The notes beneath the pieces are model-generated. The model had not been told where the DNA came from, ran no database searches, and saw nothing but the letters and a program-made list of their open reading frames with translations. A program made the position numbers and the translations under genes. A stretch of 33,651 bases of DNA from Octopus bimaculoides (taxonomy: Eukaryota), in assembly GCF_001194135.2 (NCBI RefSeq), contig NC_068994.1:23253216-23286866 (forward strand), written 5' to 3'. Position 1 is the first letter of the stretch; each line of letters begins with the position of its first letter. Of the stretch, positions 11,745 through 22,049 are shown piece by piece.

Positions 11745-11957
11745 AAATGAGTCTACGAGGAGACCTCTGCACGGTCACTTAATCTACTAGAATTTTCAGC
11801 CAAATCTCCAACAAATCAAACCTTACTATCTTAAAAAAACAAGAACACACAGCTCCACGTGGTCCTTGTTATACATTAAATGGGATTGTCATGATTGGAC
11901 TGACTTTCATCATAGGTCTGGTTGATTAGACCTGACCAAAGGCTAAACAACAAAAAC
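11745..11957 (-). repeat. Dispersed repeat family 3
   Basis: Ends GGCTAAACAACAA, the reverse complement of the 9790 start. GAGACCTCT...CAGCCAAATCTCC...CCTTACTATC matches the reverse complement of 25381-25450. Confidence 0.55.
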
Positions 11958-12689
11958 GCGCTAATTAATCAATGACAAGACATTCATTTACTGTAACAAA
12001 TCTGCTTTCACATAGCAACTTGAGAGACAAGAATCAGTAATTACTAGCAATTAAATACAAACTTTACTCCTTCTTCTTGTTTGACAATATTTCCACTTGA
12101 GACAATGGATTTTTACTCAGTTGGCTTAATTTCAAACGGAAAGTTTCATTGATTCATTGCAGGCAATGGTTGATAACATTTTCCGGAATCAAGACAGAGA
12201 ACAATATAAATAACACTTCTTTAAAGGACATCTCTTTAACTTGAATAAATAAAAACTGATTTTGGAGAAGGGCGTACATGAATATCTCCAGGCTGGCAAG
12301 TTTGTACTGAAATACTGCGCAAGTATGAAAATAATATAATCTAAACGAATTAAGGTTGGGAGAAAAACTTTGTCAGAACTACACCGACAATAAAGATGAT
12401 ATTTTAAAATAGTTTGAATCAGTATGAGGAAGACCTTATACAAACTCATATGATGAAATTCAAGACATTGAACAAAATATCCTTACATTTAGAGTTTCAA
12501 AGGTCAAGACAAATGCTATGTTTCACTTAAGAAAAGGAAGTCAGTTCACTATTTATGATAATCGCGTTAAATAGTTGTAACATTATATGTTTCTTTTAGG
12601 CCTGGTGCTTATCCTTTTTACGATTGCAAGGGATAGCCTTGTCACATCCTGTCAAGCTAATCCAGTTTCAGAATTACGTTAAGAGCTCT

Positions 12690-12795
12690 TATATGAGAAT
12701 AGCACCCAGCATCCTCAACATATCAATTTTGGTGCGTTGTGACGTTTTATACGTTTGCTAATTAAGTCTCTATATGAGAATAGCACCCAGCATCC
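12690..12795. repeat. 25-bp direct duplication enclosing a 50-bp copy of 10815-10864
   Basis: TATATGAGAATAGCACCCAGCATCC at 12690-12714 and 12771-12795; 12722-12771 is identical to 10815-10864. Confidence 0.95.
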
Positions 12796-12844
12796 AACAC
12801 ATGAATTTAAAGAAGTAGTAGTTCTTGTTGTTTGAACAAGTAAA

Positions 12845-13078
12845 TGCTCATCTTATTTCTTTACTGCCCACAAGGGGCTACACACAGAGGGGACAAACAA
12901 GGACAGACAAACGGATTAAGTCGATTATATCGACCCCAGTGCGCATCTGGTACTTATTTAATCGACCCCGAAAGGATGAAAGGCAAAGTCGACTTCGGCG
13001 GAATTTGAACTCAGAACCGGCAGACAAAATACCGCTAAAAACTTCGCCCAGCGTGCTAACGCTTCTTCCAGCCCATCT
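12845..13078 (-). mobile_element. tRNA-derived SINE, family 2 (well preserved)
   Basis: Minus head ...GTTAGCACGCTGGGCGAAG...GGTTCTGAGTTCAAATTCCGCC (B box); tail ...TAGCCCCTTGTGGGCAGTAAAGAAATAAG. Confidence 0.85.
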
Positions 13079-13089
13079 TCTGGTAGAAC

Positions 13090-13678
13090 TTATCATGCCA
13101 AGGACTTTTGGAAATTACTCATACATAAGAGAAATGGTCTTCATTGTGAGAACATTGTCTTTCATGCAAGCCATTAAACCTCTATAGAAAGCAAGAACTG
13201 ATGTTTCAAGAAAATGGCGATATGAAAAAATATAGCATACGTTTCCCAGTTAGCACATAATAAGCATGACGTCATTTTCCACGACAAAAATGACAGCAGC
13301 GTATTAATTATTGACATAGCAATAGCAAATGACTACAATGTTGCGTAGAAGCGAGCTTCAAAAGCTAATGAGTTACAGCGGCCTAACGGGTAAACTAAAA
13401 ACATTATGGCAAACAGAGAATGTGTCTTTCATCCTGTTTGTAATTAGCACAATTAGTGTGATACACAATAATTTCATTAAAAACATATTCAGATTAACTA
13501 TAATGACTGATATAGAAATTTTCTAGAATATAGCAATACTAGAATTTGCACACATTGTCAAGGTAGTCTCAAATACCATGGAAATTTTTATGATTCATTT
13601 CCAAGACGAACAGAATTTTTGTTGAAGAAAGGAGACGCTTCATGTACACGTCAAATCAATAGTAATAATAATAATAAT
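13090..13678 (+). mobile_element. R4/Dong-like retrotransposon 3' fragment (RLE domain, 3' UTR, (TAA)n); copy B
   Basis: Reads AHNKHDVIFHDKNDSSVLIIDIAIANDYNV...KLMSY...LKTLWQ...LQ/NIAILEFAHIVK, a decayed PD..D..EK..Y RLE signature, and ends in (TAA)5 at 13663-13678. Confidence 0.75.
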
Positions 13679-14189
13679 CATCATTGTTTAATAATGTTTA
13701 TAGACATATATAACTTAACTACGATATGATTTTCCATAGATAAATTCCTTTATCGTAAATACGATGGAGTGACTATAGATAGACTACTATAGCTTTTTAA
13801 AAGTTTGAGATTTTGTTTATAAATTTCTATATCTTAGCCATGCTAGTTCTAACTTGTCGACGCTCCTCTCAAAAATTCCCTTCCACCCGTCAGTCATGTT
13901 AAGTAGCTGTCCAATCAAACAACGTGCATTAGTATACACAACAAGCCCACTTCTCTATTAAACGTCGCAGCATCAGCAGTAACTAAAGCAACAGCCGCAA
14001 ACCTGTCATTATTTGTTGTCTAAAGAAACCAGGGGAGACAGTATTAGGACCCCTCGGCCTAGTAGTAATATAAGTGTAGTAATAATTAAGAAACGATAGT
14101 AGTGAATTAGTAATTAATAAGATAGGGATTATAATAGTAATAGTGAAATTATAACAGTGAACAAGCAATTAATTACCCAGATTGATAAA

Positions 14190-16371
14190 AACCTAGAATG
14201 ATTAACAAGTGGCGTTGTGAAAGCGTCAAGTTGTCGGCGACTAAACCGGCAACCCCACTAAACTTGCTTGGTGAGTAGGGGATTTTCGACACCCTACGGG
14301 ATTAAACAAAAACCGGCAAAAGGCAGAGGAACTCAGAAGAGTTAATGGCCATTCCGAAAACGGCTAGACAGAACTCGTGAGACTTGGTTGGCAGTCTGTC
14401 TAGGAGGAACACTCTGATTTAAAACTGGGGTAGATAGGACTCCTTAGACATAGTGGTGACAGCCTGTCAGTGTCCAACGGCCTGGGGTGAAGGCGAATGA
14501 ACCGCGAATCGGAACTTAACTCCGAAGCAATATTTGGATGAAGATATGGGTCCACCTGTCTCCTAGTGAGAATCAAGATCATGGTCCCCAACACACAGAA
14601 ATGTGAAGGGAACATGTCCAACTTATGGGTGCTAAGAGCTCTGCAATCTTGGTTGACCTCCACAAAAATACCGGTTGGTGGCTCACCTTAAAAGACATAC
14701 CTCAATGTCGAGTGAAAATGTCTAATACAAATGTCTCAAATAATGGTGTTAATGAGGCTAGAAACAAAGGTGAAAGCCTTTCGCCCAGCAGGTGCCCTGT
14801 GGTTGAACAGCGCAGGCCTGGTCGTCATCCATAGACTGCTTGTACATAAAACCAAAAGCAGAGAAGGTGGGACAAGGAGGCAATCTGAACGGTAATTGAA
14901 TGCTGGATCAAGAGTGAACCCAGCAGAAAAGAATTCCGATAACGAATGAAAGCAAAATGGAATGAGATTAGGACTCTTCGAAACAAGTAAGAAACGGTTA
15001 GCCAACCAAGCAAGAACAATAAGAGCAAAAGGTTGGTCAACAGACATAGAAATAGAAGAGATAAGAAGGAAAGTAGAAAATAGAAATAATACTGCACCAA
15101 CAGATAACGTGCTCAGTGAGAACAGAAAAATGAAAGGCGACAGTGAAGAAGTAGAGCAAAATGTAAATGTATTCTCAGCAAGTAACAGGAAGAGCAATAT
15201 CAAGACATAGTGACAGGAAGGCCAACAAGAAATAGTGAGTACGCTGTTCCGATATATTAGAGAGGACCAGGATCAAGCATCCCCCCTCCCCAGCCTGGGG
15301 TACATTGACCGACGCAGGCTCAAACCGAAAAGATAGATTCGGTTCTTGGGCTATTCCAAACGAAAAATATCTGAAACTAACAAAATTATTTGGGCTGCAG
15401 CTATGGATGCTGCAGACAGAGTTGGATATAAAAAAAAAGAAGAAAGAGGCGGTAAAAAACCATACTGGTGTAGACGAATTTGTGAGAAACAAATAAAATT
15501 GAAAAGACATTTAGAACAAGTTGACATATTGAATAGAGAGGGATTGCAGAACGAAAGCATAAGACTAATGTTGGAAAGAACATGTAGAATGAAAGATAAA
15601 GGTTATGATGTGATATTGGAAGAATTGAAACAAAGAGTAGTAGCAATCAAAGCAAAACTGGAAAGATATGACAATAGAAAAAGACAGATGAGGCAAAACA
15701 GATTGTTTGAAGCAAATCAGAAGAAACTGTTTCAGGAACTAAATGGGCAAATACATATAATAATGATACCAGATGTAAACGAAAGCAAGGCATTCTGGAG
15801 AGGGATGTGGGACCAACTTGTAGAGCATAATGAAGCGGAGTAGCTACATGAAATCCAAGATAGGTTAAGAAACATAGAAGTTCAAGAAAACAAAGATAAC
15901 TACAGAAATGACAAAAAAGCATTTAAGAAAATTCCCAAATTGGAAGAGCCCAGGACCGGATGAGGTCCAAAAGTATTGGATGAAGAAGCTGAGAGGGCTA
16001 CATGAAAGGATAGCACAAGAGCTAGATGAGTGCTTGCGGGAAGGCGCAGTACCCAGCTGGATGACAAAGGGAAATACATTGTTATGTTCCAAGGATCCTG
16101 AAAAGGGAGATATTGCATCCAACTTTAGACGAATAACATGCCTTCCGCTAATGTGGAAACTAATGTCATTTGCTTTGGCCGGTGAACTGTACAGAAAGGG
16201 TGCCGAAAAATGAACCGGAAACGAAGGATCAGCTCTCAATTGATATTCTAATTATCAGGAACTGCAAGAGAAGACATACAAACCTGAGCATGGCATGGGT
16301 CGACTATCGCAAAACATACGATATGGTACCACACTCCTGGATAATAAGAACAATGGAAATGTATGGAGTAG
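14190..16371 (+). mobile_element. R4/Dong-clade retrotransposon 5' part (5' UTR, N-terminal domain, RT motifs 0-3); copy C
   Basis: ATG at 14718. Decayed frames give RRWDKEA..VIECWIKSEP..., KRLANQARTIRAKGW, KPYWCRRI, RQNRLFEANQKKLFQEL, PNWKSPGPDEVQKYWMKKL, NFRRITCLPLMWK and [17 protein letters not shown]. The 5' boundary is approximate. Confidence 0.92.
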
Positions 16372-16372
16372 C

Positions 16373-16434
16373 ATACTGGGCTTCGTATATTTTACCTCAG
16401 TGTCACTTTGATGGCATGCACTACTCTCTCACCC
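16373..16434 (+). mobile_element. Short 3'-terminal copy of non-coding element X, followed by (AAT)6
   Basis: About 90% identical to 16850-16902; (AAT)6 at 16435-16452. Confidence 0.7.
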
Positions 16435-16452
16435 AATAATAATAATAATAAT

Positions 16453-16902
16453 AGGGCTGCAGCAAATATTCTGCTCAGTACTACAGATTTGCATGTCAGT
16501 TGTTTGACCTTAACCAGTTGAGCATGTCCCTTAGAGGCTGACGATATGTGCATCTCTGATCACGAGCAGAAGTAGTGGTGGAGCATCATAGCCATGTGTC
16601 GAGAGGAATTCTTTGGGGTTTGGATAATTCACCTTTGGAAACATTGGTGTTTCGTTCAATATCCTCAAACAACCCTTATTCAGAGACCTTTTGAGTGGGA
16701 TGGGCTACTCGACGTGAAGAAAATTCTAACTGGGCCCCACCTGCAAGGCCATGTGCAATTTATCTTGATATGAAATCATCATATCGCGCACATATAGTTG
16801 TGATGCATGTGCCTGGTGTACCCTTATCAGACGGGTAGTCATGATGGGTATACTGGGCTTCATATATTTTACTCCAGTGTCACTTTGATGGCACGCACTC
16901 TC
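16453..16902 (+). mobile_element. Non-coding element X (450 bp) between (AAT)n arrays
   Basis: No ORF and no RT motifs; flanked by (AAT)6 and (AAT)25. The strand is inferred from the (AAT)n tail. Confidence 0.6.

Positions 16903-16977
<75 letters not shown>
16903..16977. repeat. (AAT)25 microsatellite
   Basis: Directly visible. Confidence 0.95.
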
Positions 16978-16982
<5 letters not shown>

Positions 16983-16989
16983 TAAATAA

Positions 16990-17313
16990 TTTCCCTAAAA
17001 TTTGGAATAGGAAGAATTTGGAGCATGCGAACAGTAAAGGTCATGCCTATAATAATTGGTGAATTGGTGCGTTGGGAACAGTAAGCCAAGATATAGACAA
17101 ATGGCTGAAGGAGATTGAAATAGAATGCCCAGTAGAGCTCCTACAGAAAGTTTTCTTCTTAAGGACGGCAAGGATTATCAGGAGAGTTCTAAGCACTTAA
17201 AAGACTGCCGAAAACGTGTGGATACCTAAGGTTACAGGTAGTAACCCGCTGCCCATATAAATCCTACCAGGAATAAGACCAAACCGGAGCTGTGTTTCAA
17301 TAAACAGAAAAGA
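16990..17313 (+). mobile_element. R4/Dong RLE C-terminus plus 3' UTR (3' end of copy C or a separate truncated copy)
   Basis: Reads GRIWSMRTVKVMPIIIG...GALGTVSQDIDKWLKEIEIECPVELLQK..LRTARIIRRVLST* (stop 17198-17200), then a 3' UTR and (AAT)12 at 17314-17349. Confidence 0.9.
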
Positions 17314-17349
<36 letters not shown>

Positions 17350-17535
17350 CTTTTCTACTTTAGGAACAAGGACACGGCCTAAAGTTTTTAATCGATTACA
17401 TCGACCTCAGTATTTGATTGCAATTTATTTAATCAACTCCGAACGGAGTGAAAGGCCAAGTTGACCTGGCCAACTCAGAACGCTAAAGAACCGGAAGAAA
17501 TACCGCTAAGCATTTTGTCCAACGAGCTAGCAATT
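17350..17535 (-). mobile_element. SINE family 2 (diverged)
   Basis: ATCGATTACATCGACCTCAGT...GAAAGGCCAAGTTGACC...AACCGGAAGAAATACCGCTAAGCATTTTG is homologous to other family-2 copies. Confidence 0.75.
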
Positions 17536-18354
17536 TTCCACTCCACAACTACCAACAATATAATATATTCAGAAAGGATGACAACAATCATCAAGTGGGA
17601 TAAATGTGAAAAACAGAAAATTGCAAGGTTTTTCAGCATCGGGGTTTAGAATAAACAAGCTGGGAATTATATTTTTGGTTTAATAAATAATTTTCATGCG
17701 GGGAGATGAGTAAATTGTTTACATCGTGTGGGATGTGTATCTGGTTTCTGCAATCGTCTGGAATTCTATTCGCTATTTGACATACAACAACACAAGAAAA
17801 CTGACGTTACCTTATTTCATTATTGTTATACAAAGCATCTGTTAATTGCTTTTGACGTGTCTGTTAGGACTGTTGCAAGTGACTTAAAAGTCTGATGGAA
17901 AACTCATCACAGCCCTCTTACCCATTCCCTGTGTGTGTGTGTGCCAGTGTGGATACGTACTCAAGTATAAATGTCATAGTAGAGGAGGAATGAAAAATGG
18001 TGCATATTTTACAAATTATCTGGGGCAAAATGCGAAAACTACAAACAATCTAAATATAGAATCATTCAATGCAAAACAGCAGCAACAACAACAACCCAAA
18101 TAGTCCCTGAAGAATTGACATGACAAGCAATATATGCCCGAAATACTCTCCCGAACGGTTTTGTTAACCGAAAAACTGAGCTAATCATGAAGGTGATCGC
18201 TGGTTTAAAACAGAATGTTTATATATAAGAAATATTTGTGTTCAACAACAAAAACAAACGAAAACCCATACATATGAAATAGCATGACTATTACTTAATT
18301 CTGCAGAACAATATGTATTTTGGTGTTTTTCAAAATAGTTTTGAAATTTGACTC

Positions 18355-18384
18355 GGAGAGAGAGAGAGAGAGATAGAGAGAGAT

Positions 18385-18431
<47 letters not shown>

Positions 18432-18482
18432 AAAGGAGAAAAAGAGAGTGAGAAAGAGAGTAATGGAGGGAGGGAGAGAAAG
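18355..18482. repeat. (GA)n-rich microsatellite
   Basis: Directly visible. Confidence 0.9.
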
Positions 18483-18576
18483 AGAATATGAGTTGGATAA
18501 CTCAACGATCGCTATGTTAGATTCAAATTGGTTCCTCTGTTCGGTGTATGTCAGAATTATTCAGGTTTAGTTAAAG

Positions 18577-18628
18577 TCTGTCTGTCTGTCTCTCTCTATA
18601 TATACATACATACATACATACATACACA

Positions 18629-18702
<74 letters not shown>
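18577..18702. repeat. Compound (GTCT)/(CT)/(TACA)/(CA)/(TA) microsatellite
   Basis: Directly visible; abuts a gap. Confidence 0.9.
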
Positions 18703-19300
18703 NNNNNNNNNNNNNNNNNNNNNNNNNNNNNNNNNNNNNNNNNNNNNNNNNNNNNNNNNNNNNNNNNNNNNNNNNNNNNNNNNNNNNNNNNNNNNNNNNN
18801 NNNNNNNNNNNNNNNNNNNNNNNNNNNNNNNNNNNNNNNNNNNNNNNNNNNNNNNNNNNNNNNNNNNNNNNNNNNNNNNNNNNNNNNNNNNNNNNNNNNN
18901 NNNNNNNNNNNNNNNNNNNNNNNNNNNNNNNNNNNNNNNNNNNNNNNNNNNNNNNNNNNNNNNNNNNNNNNNNNNNNNNNNNNNNNNNNNNNNNNNNNNN
19001 NNNNNNNNNNNNNNNNNNNNNNNNNNNNNNNNNNNNNNNNNNNNNNNNNNNNNNNNNNNNNNNNNNNNNNNNNNNNNNNNNNNNNNNNNNNNNNNNNNNN
19101 NNNNNNNNNNNNNNNNNNNNNNNNNNNNNNNNNNNNNNNNNNNNNNNNNNNNNNNNNNNNNNNNNNNNNNNNNNNNNNNNNNNNNNNNNNNNNNNNNNNN
19201 NNNNNNNNNNNNNNNNNNNNNNNNNNNNNNNNNNNNNNNNNNNNNNNNNNNNNNNNNNNNNNNNNNNNNNNNNNNNNNNNNNNNNNNNNNNNNNNNNNNN
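18703..19300. other. Assembly gap (N run)
   Basis: Run of N. Confidence 1.
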
Positions 19301-19440
19301 GGCTTGATCATCGCTTCATTTGTGTTGTCTAACGTACTGTTAATATCATTCGATTTTTTATATTTTATATAATTTTTAAAGTCATATTTTATGTAAACCA
19401 TTCGCGTTACTGATCCCAATCAGTTGTTTTGTACCATTCT

Positions 19441-19645
19441 ATGTTTGGCCCCCTGTGGGCAATTAAGAAATTGGTATTTCGTCTGCCGTTACGTTCTGAG
19501 TTCAAATTCCGCCGAGGTCAACTTTGCCTTTCATACTTTCGGGGTCAATTAGATAAATACCAGTTACGCACTGGGGTCGATATAATCGACTTAATCCCTT
19601 GTCTGTCCTCTCTGTGTTTAGCCCCCTGTGGGCAATAAAGAAATA
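19441..19645 (+). mobile_element. SINE family 2, 5'-truncated, preceded by a copy of its own 3' end
   Basis: GGTATTTCGTCTGCCGTTACGTTCTGAGTTCAAATTCCGCCGAGG... body. GCCCCCTGTGGGCAAT[T/A]AAGAAAT occurs at both about 19449-19472 and 19621-19644. Confidence 0.85.
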
Positions 19646-20169
19646 TATATATATATATATTCAAGTGCATGGTCAAGCGAAAGAAAATGGTAATCAACAC
19701 ATTTAGTTAGGAGTTACATGTATTATTTAAACAGATTTACAATATTTGCTTCAATCAAATTAAAGTTTCATGGATTCCCAACAGAAACCTGGCTTATTCA
19801 GGCTCAGATTATCGAACGGAGAAATACAGGAAATCTAAGATGGCTACTAGAAAATAGGCTGCTATTGGTCAAGGTGGGTCAGATGCTGTTGCCAGAGATC
19901 GGTGATTCAGCGGCACCAGTTTCGTTAGAAAAAGGAATTTCTTGGACCACGTAGCTGGACAGGAAGCTGATGGCTTCTAAATGTCTTGGAGCTGACACAA
20001 GCAAGGCCGGTGAGTATGTGTGTATGTGTGTGTGCGCGCCCGCGTGTGTGAGCATGTGTAGGTATGTGTGCACATAGATATGCATGTGTGTGTATGTGCG
20101 CATATCACATTTATGGAGGTGAATGTAGAGGTTGCAGCGGATGCATAAGTTTGTGGATCTAGTCTGCGA

Positions 20170-21960
20170 TCTGCGTATGCATTAGTGGGTAGGCACCCTA
20201 TCTTTGGCTGCGAAACAACCTGTGTTGAGTGGCAGCCGATGTTAATGTGGTTTATTTGGATTGTCTACAACTAGTGGTTTGAATGAAGTTCAGCAGTGGG
20301 GCGAACCTCTGATGGCAGCAATAAGATAGTTTATATTTCCTGTTGATAGATACTGGAGATTGGTGGAGAATTTGAAGTCTTTCACAGAGGCAGAGCTGGC
20401 AATTGCGGGCGCCGGAGGAGTAGGGAGGGGCCCTATTGATATTGGTCCAATAGATGTTGGGTGTTTCATTCCGGAGGTCACAGAGTCTCCAAAGGAAACG
20501 AGTCAAAATGGTGGAATTTTCTCTATCCCTGCATGTAAGCGAATGCATATGCTGTGTGTGCATTTCCTTGAAGTCTTTGGCCGTCATGCCCGTGTAGTGC
20601 CTTGTGATGCAATCGAATGACGCAAAAGTTGGTCTGTAGACTACACCCTTGAGAAGCAGGTTCCTCTTACGGATCAGTTAGTAGGGCTTCGGAAGTAACA
20701 TGTCGGGGTCGAAGGTTATGCAGATGCATGTTTGTGTCTCTTGAGCGTGCAGTATTAGGGGCTATATTATCTAAGCTGGAGTAGCTCCCTTTGACGTTAT
20801 TTGGGTCGAAGATCTTATAGTACTATCGTTGCTAGGAGCTTACTATCGTTGATTAAGGAAGCATTTCCGCATGGGATAATGCTTCTTAATTTGACTTGAG
20901 ATTTCCATGCCGTCGACCATGTAGTTGGGCATCCTGTGGGTGCGTGCGTTTATTGAGGGTATCCAAGATAAAAAAGACCCGACAAAGTCGGCGTTCTCAG
21001 CCCCGCCGTCGCTCCCCCTGAAACATCAAACAATGGATCACCTTTTTTCACTCAGAGGGAATCGTCATGAATCAGTATTGACTTTCTTGCGTTCATGATG
21101 ATACTGACATCAAAATCGCTTATACTAGTGAATTGTTTAACAAGTTTCATTACAGAAGAGTAAAAGTCTACGATATCAAACTGTGTGAATCTACAGGCTG
21201 ATTTGTTCTCGATACCGCGGAACTAGTCTATCTCAGCTGTGCTGGAATTCCGTTGCGTCAGCCCTGTGGCCCTTCTGTTGTCGGAGTCGGTGGTATCAAT
21301 GCGCTTACTGACAATACTTTTAGAGGGTTTGATAAGCCTGTATTTGCAGTTATGTTTATGGAACTTAAGTGTTATGCGGTTGGGTGGGGGCTTGCAGTGT
21401 GAGGCGGGCTACAAGATCCTCTACATTAACTCCTTCGCTTCTGTATTTAAGTCATTGAATGTGGAAGTGCTAGTTTTCTTGTATGGCTTGGTGATCGGGT
21501 TTGTGGGGAGTCTTAGTGTGTGTTGATGCTAATTTCTTAAATGTTCTCTGTTTTGTCTGCGAGGATATGAACATTAGGCGATTGCTTAATTTATGTCACG
21601 TAGTCATTTAATGATCTGAGGAAGGGGTAAAAACTATGCCGAAACCTAACCTTCATTCTGATGTTCCATAAGTCATCTTCAAAGGTCTCAATGTCTTTCA
21701 CCTTGGGAGAAGACTTACAGGTTTTGAAGCCGAATTCGTTTGCGGATGAAGTAGTGGATAGGTTCTCGAAGAAGGATTTCCAGTGCATACGCTTAATGAC
21801 GCTTTCAGTTCTTTCCGTGATTCGCGTCCAAAAGAGCTTCCTTGGTGGTAAATGGATGCTTTTCAACGAGTACATCAGTGATTATCTCTGCATCGGACTT
21901 CCAGTAGCCAGCTTGGTATTCCTCTGTTTCTCCATTTGGTAATCTAACCCTGAATGAGAG
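20170..21960 (-). mobile_element. Penelope-like element, near full length, decayed (N-terminal domain, RT, GIY-YIG endonuclease)
   Basis: ATG at 21935-21933. Decayed frames give YSLKSI...TERTESVIKRMHWKSFFE...FGFKT, YRLIKPSK, FTQFDIVDFY (21160-21180), IIMNARKSIL and PLFDVS. GIY-YIG: VY...HYTGMTAKDFKE..TQH...STILTRFLWRL...RAPPYSSGARNCQLCLCERLQIL...CHQR. The RT catalytic/thumb segment appears deleted. Confidence 0.92.
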
Positions 21961-22005
21961 GGTTTCTGTTAGAAATCTGCGAAACTTTAAATCGAATGTA
22001 GGGAT
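21942..22005 (+). ncRNA. Candidate type-I hammerhead ribozyme (antisense to the Penelope ORF)
   Basis: Core CUGA(A)UGA at 21950-21957; stem II G-AGGGUUUC/GAAAUCUG-C; GAAAC at 21981-21985; GUA cleavage triplet at 21998-22000; stem I AUC[UAA]CC (21942-21949) pairing GGGAU (22001-22005). Folded by eye only. Confidence 0.5.
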
Positions 22006-22049
22006 CCTATCTTAACTAAACTATAGTTAAGATAGGGATCCTATATATA

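Noticed and set aside
14736-15922. Antisense ORFs over Dong copy C (and 29751-30005 over copy D; 20360-20620 and 21239-21942 over Penelope)
   Set aside because: These are shadow ORFs opposite A-rich retroelement coding strands.
16538-16544. CTGACGA hammerhead core in element X
   Set aside because: No stem II followed by GAAA at a suitable distance.
16373-17349. Repeat-spacer-like alternation suggesting a CRISPR array
   Set aside because: The repeats are (AAT)n microsatellites of variable length in eukaryotic TE context; there are no constant-length repeats or spacers and no cas genes.
19718-20012. ORF and CCG|GTGAGT donor suggesting a plus-strand exon
   Set aside because: All three frames contain stops between plausible acceptors and the donor.
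20206-20237. GGCTGC-GAAAC...GCAGCC hairpin at the Penelope 3' end
   Set aside because: It has GAAAC and helices but no CUGANGA or stem I, so it is not a hammerhead.
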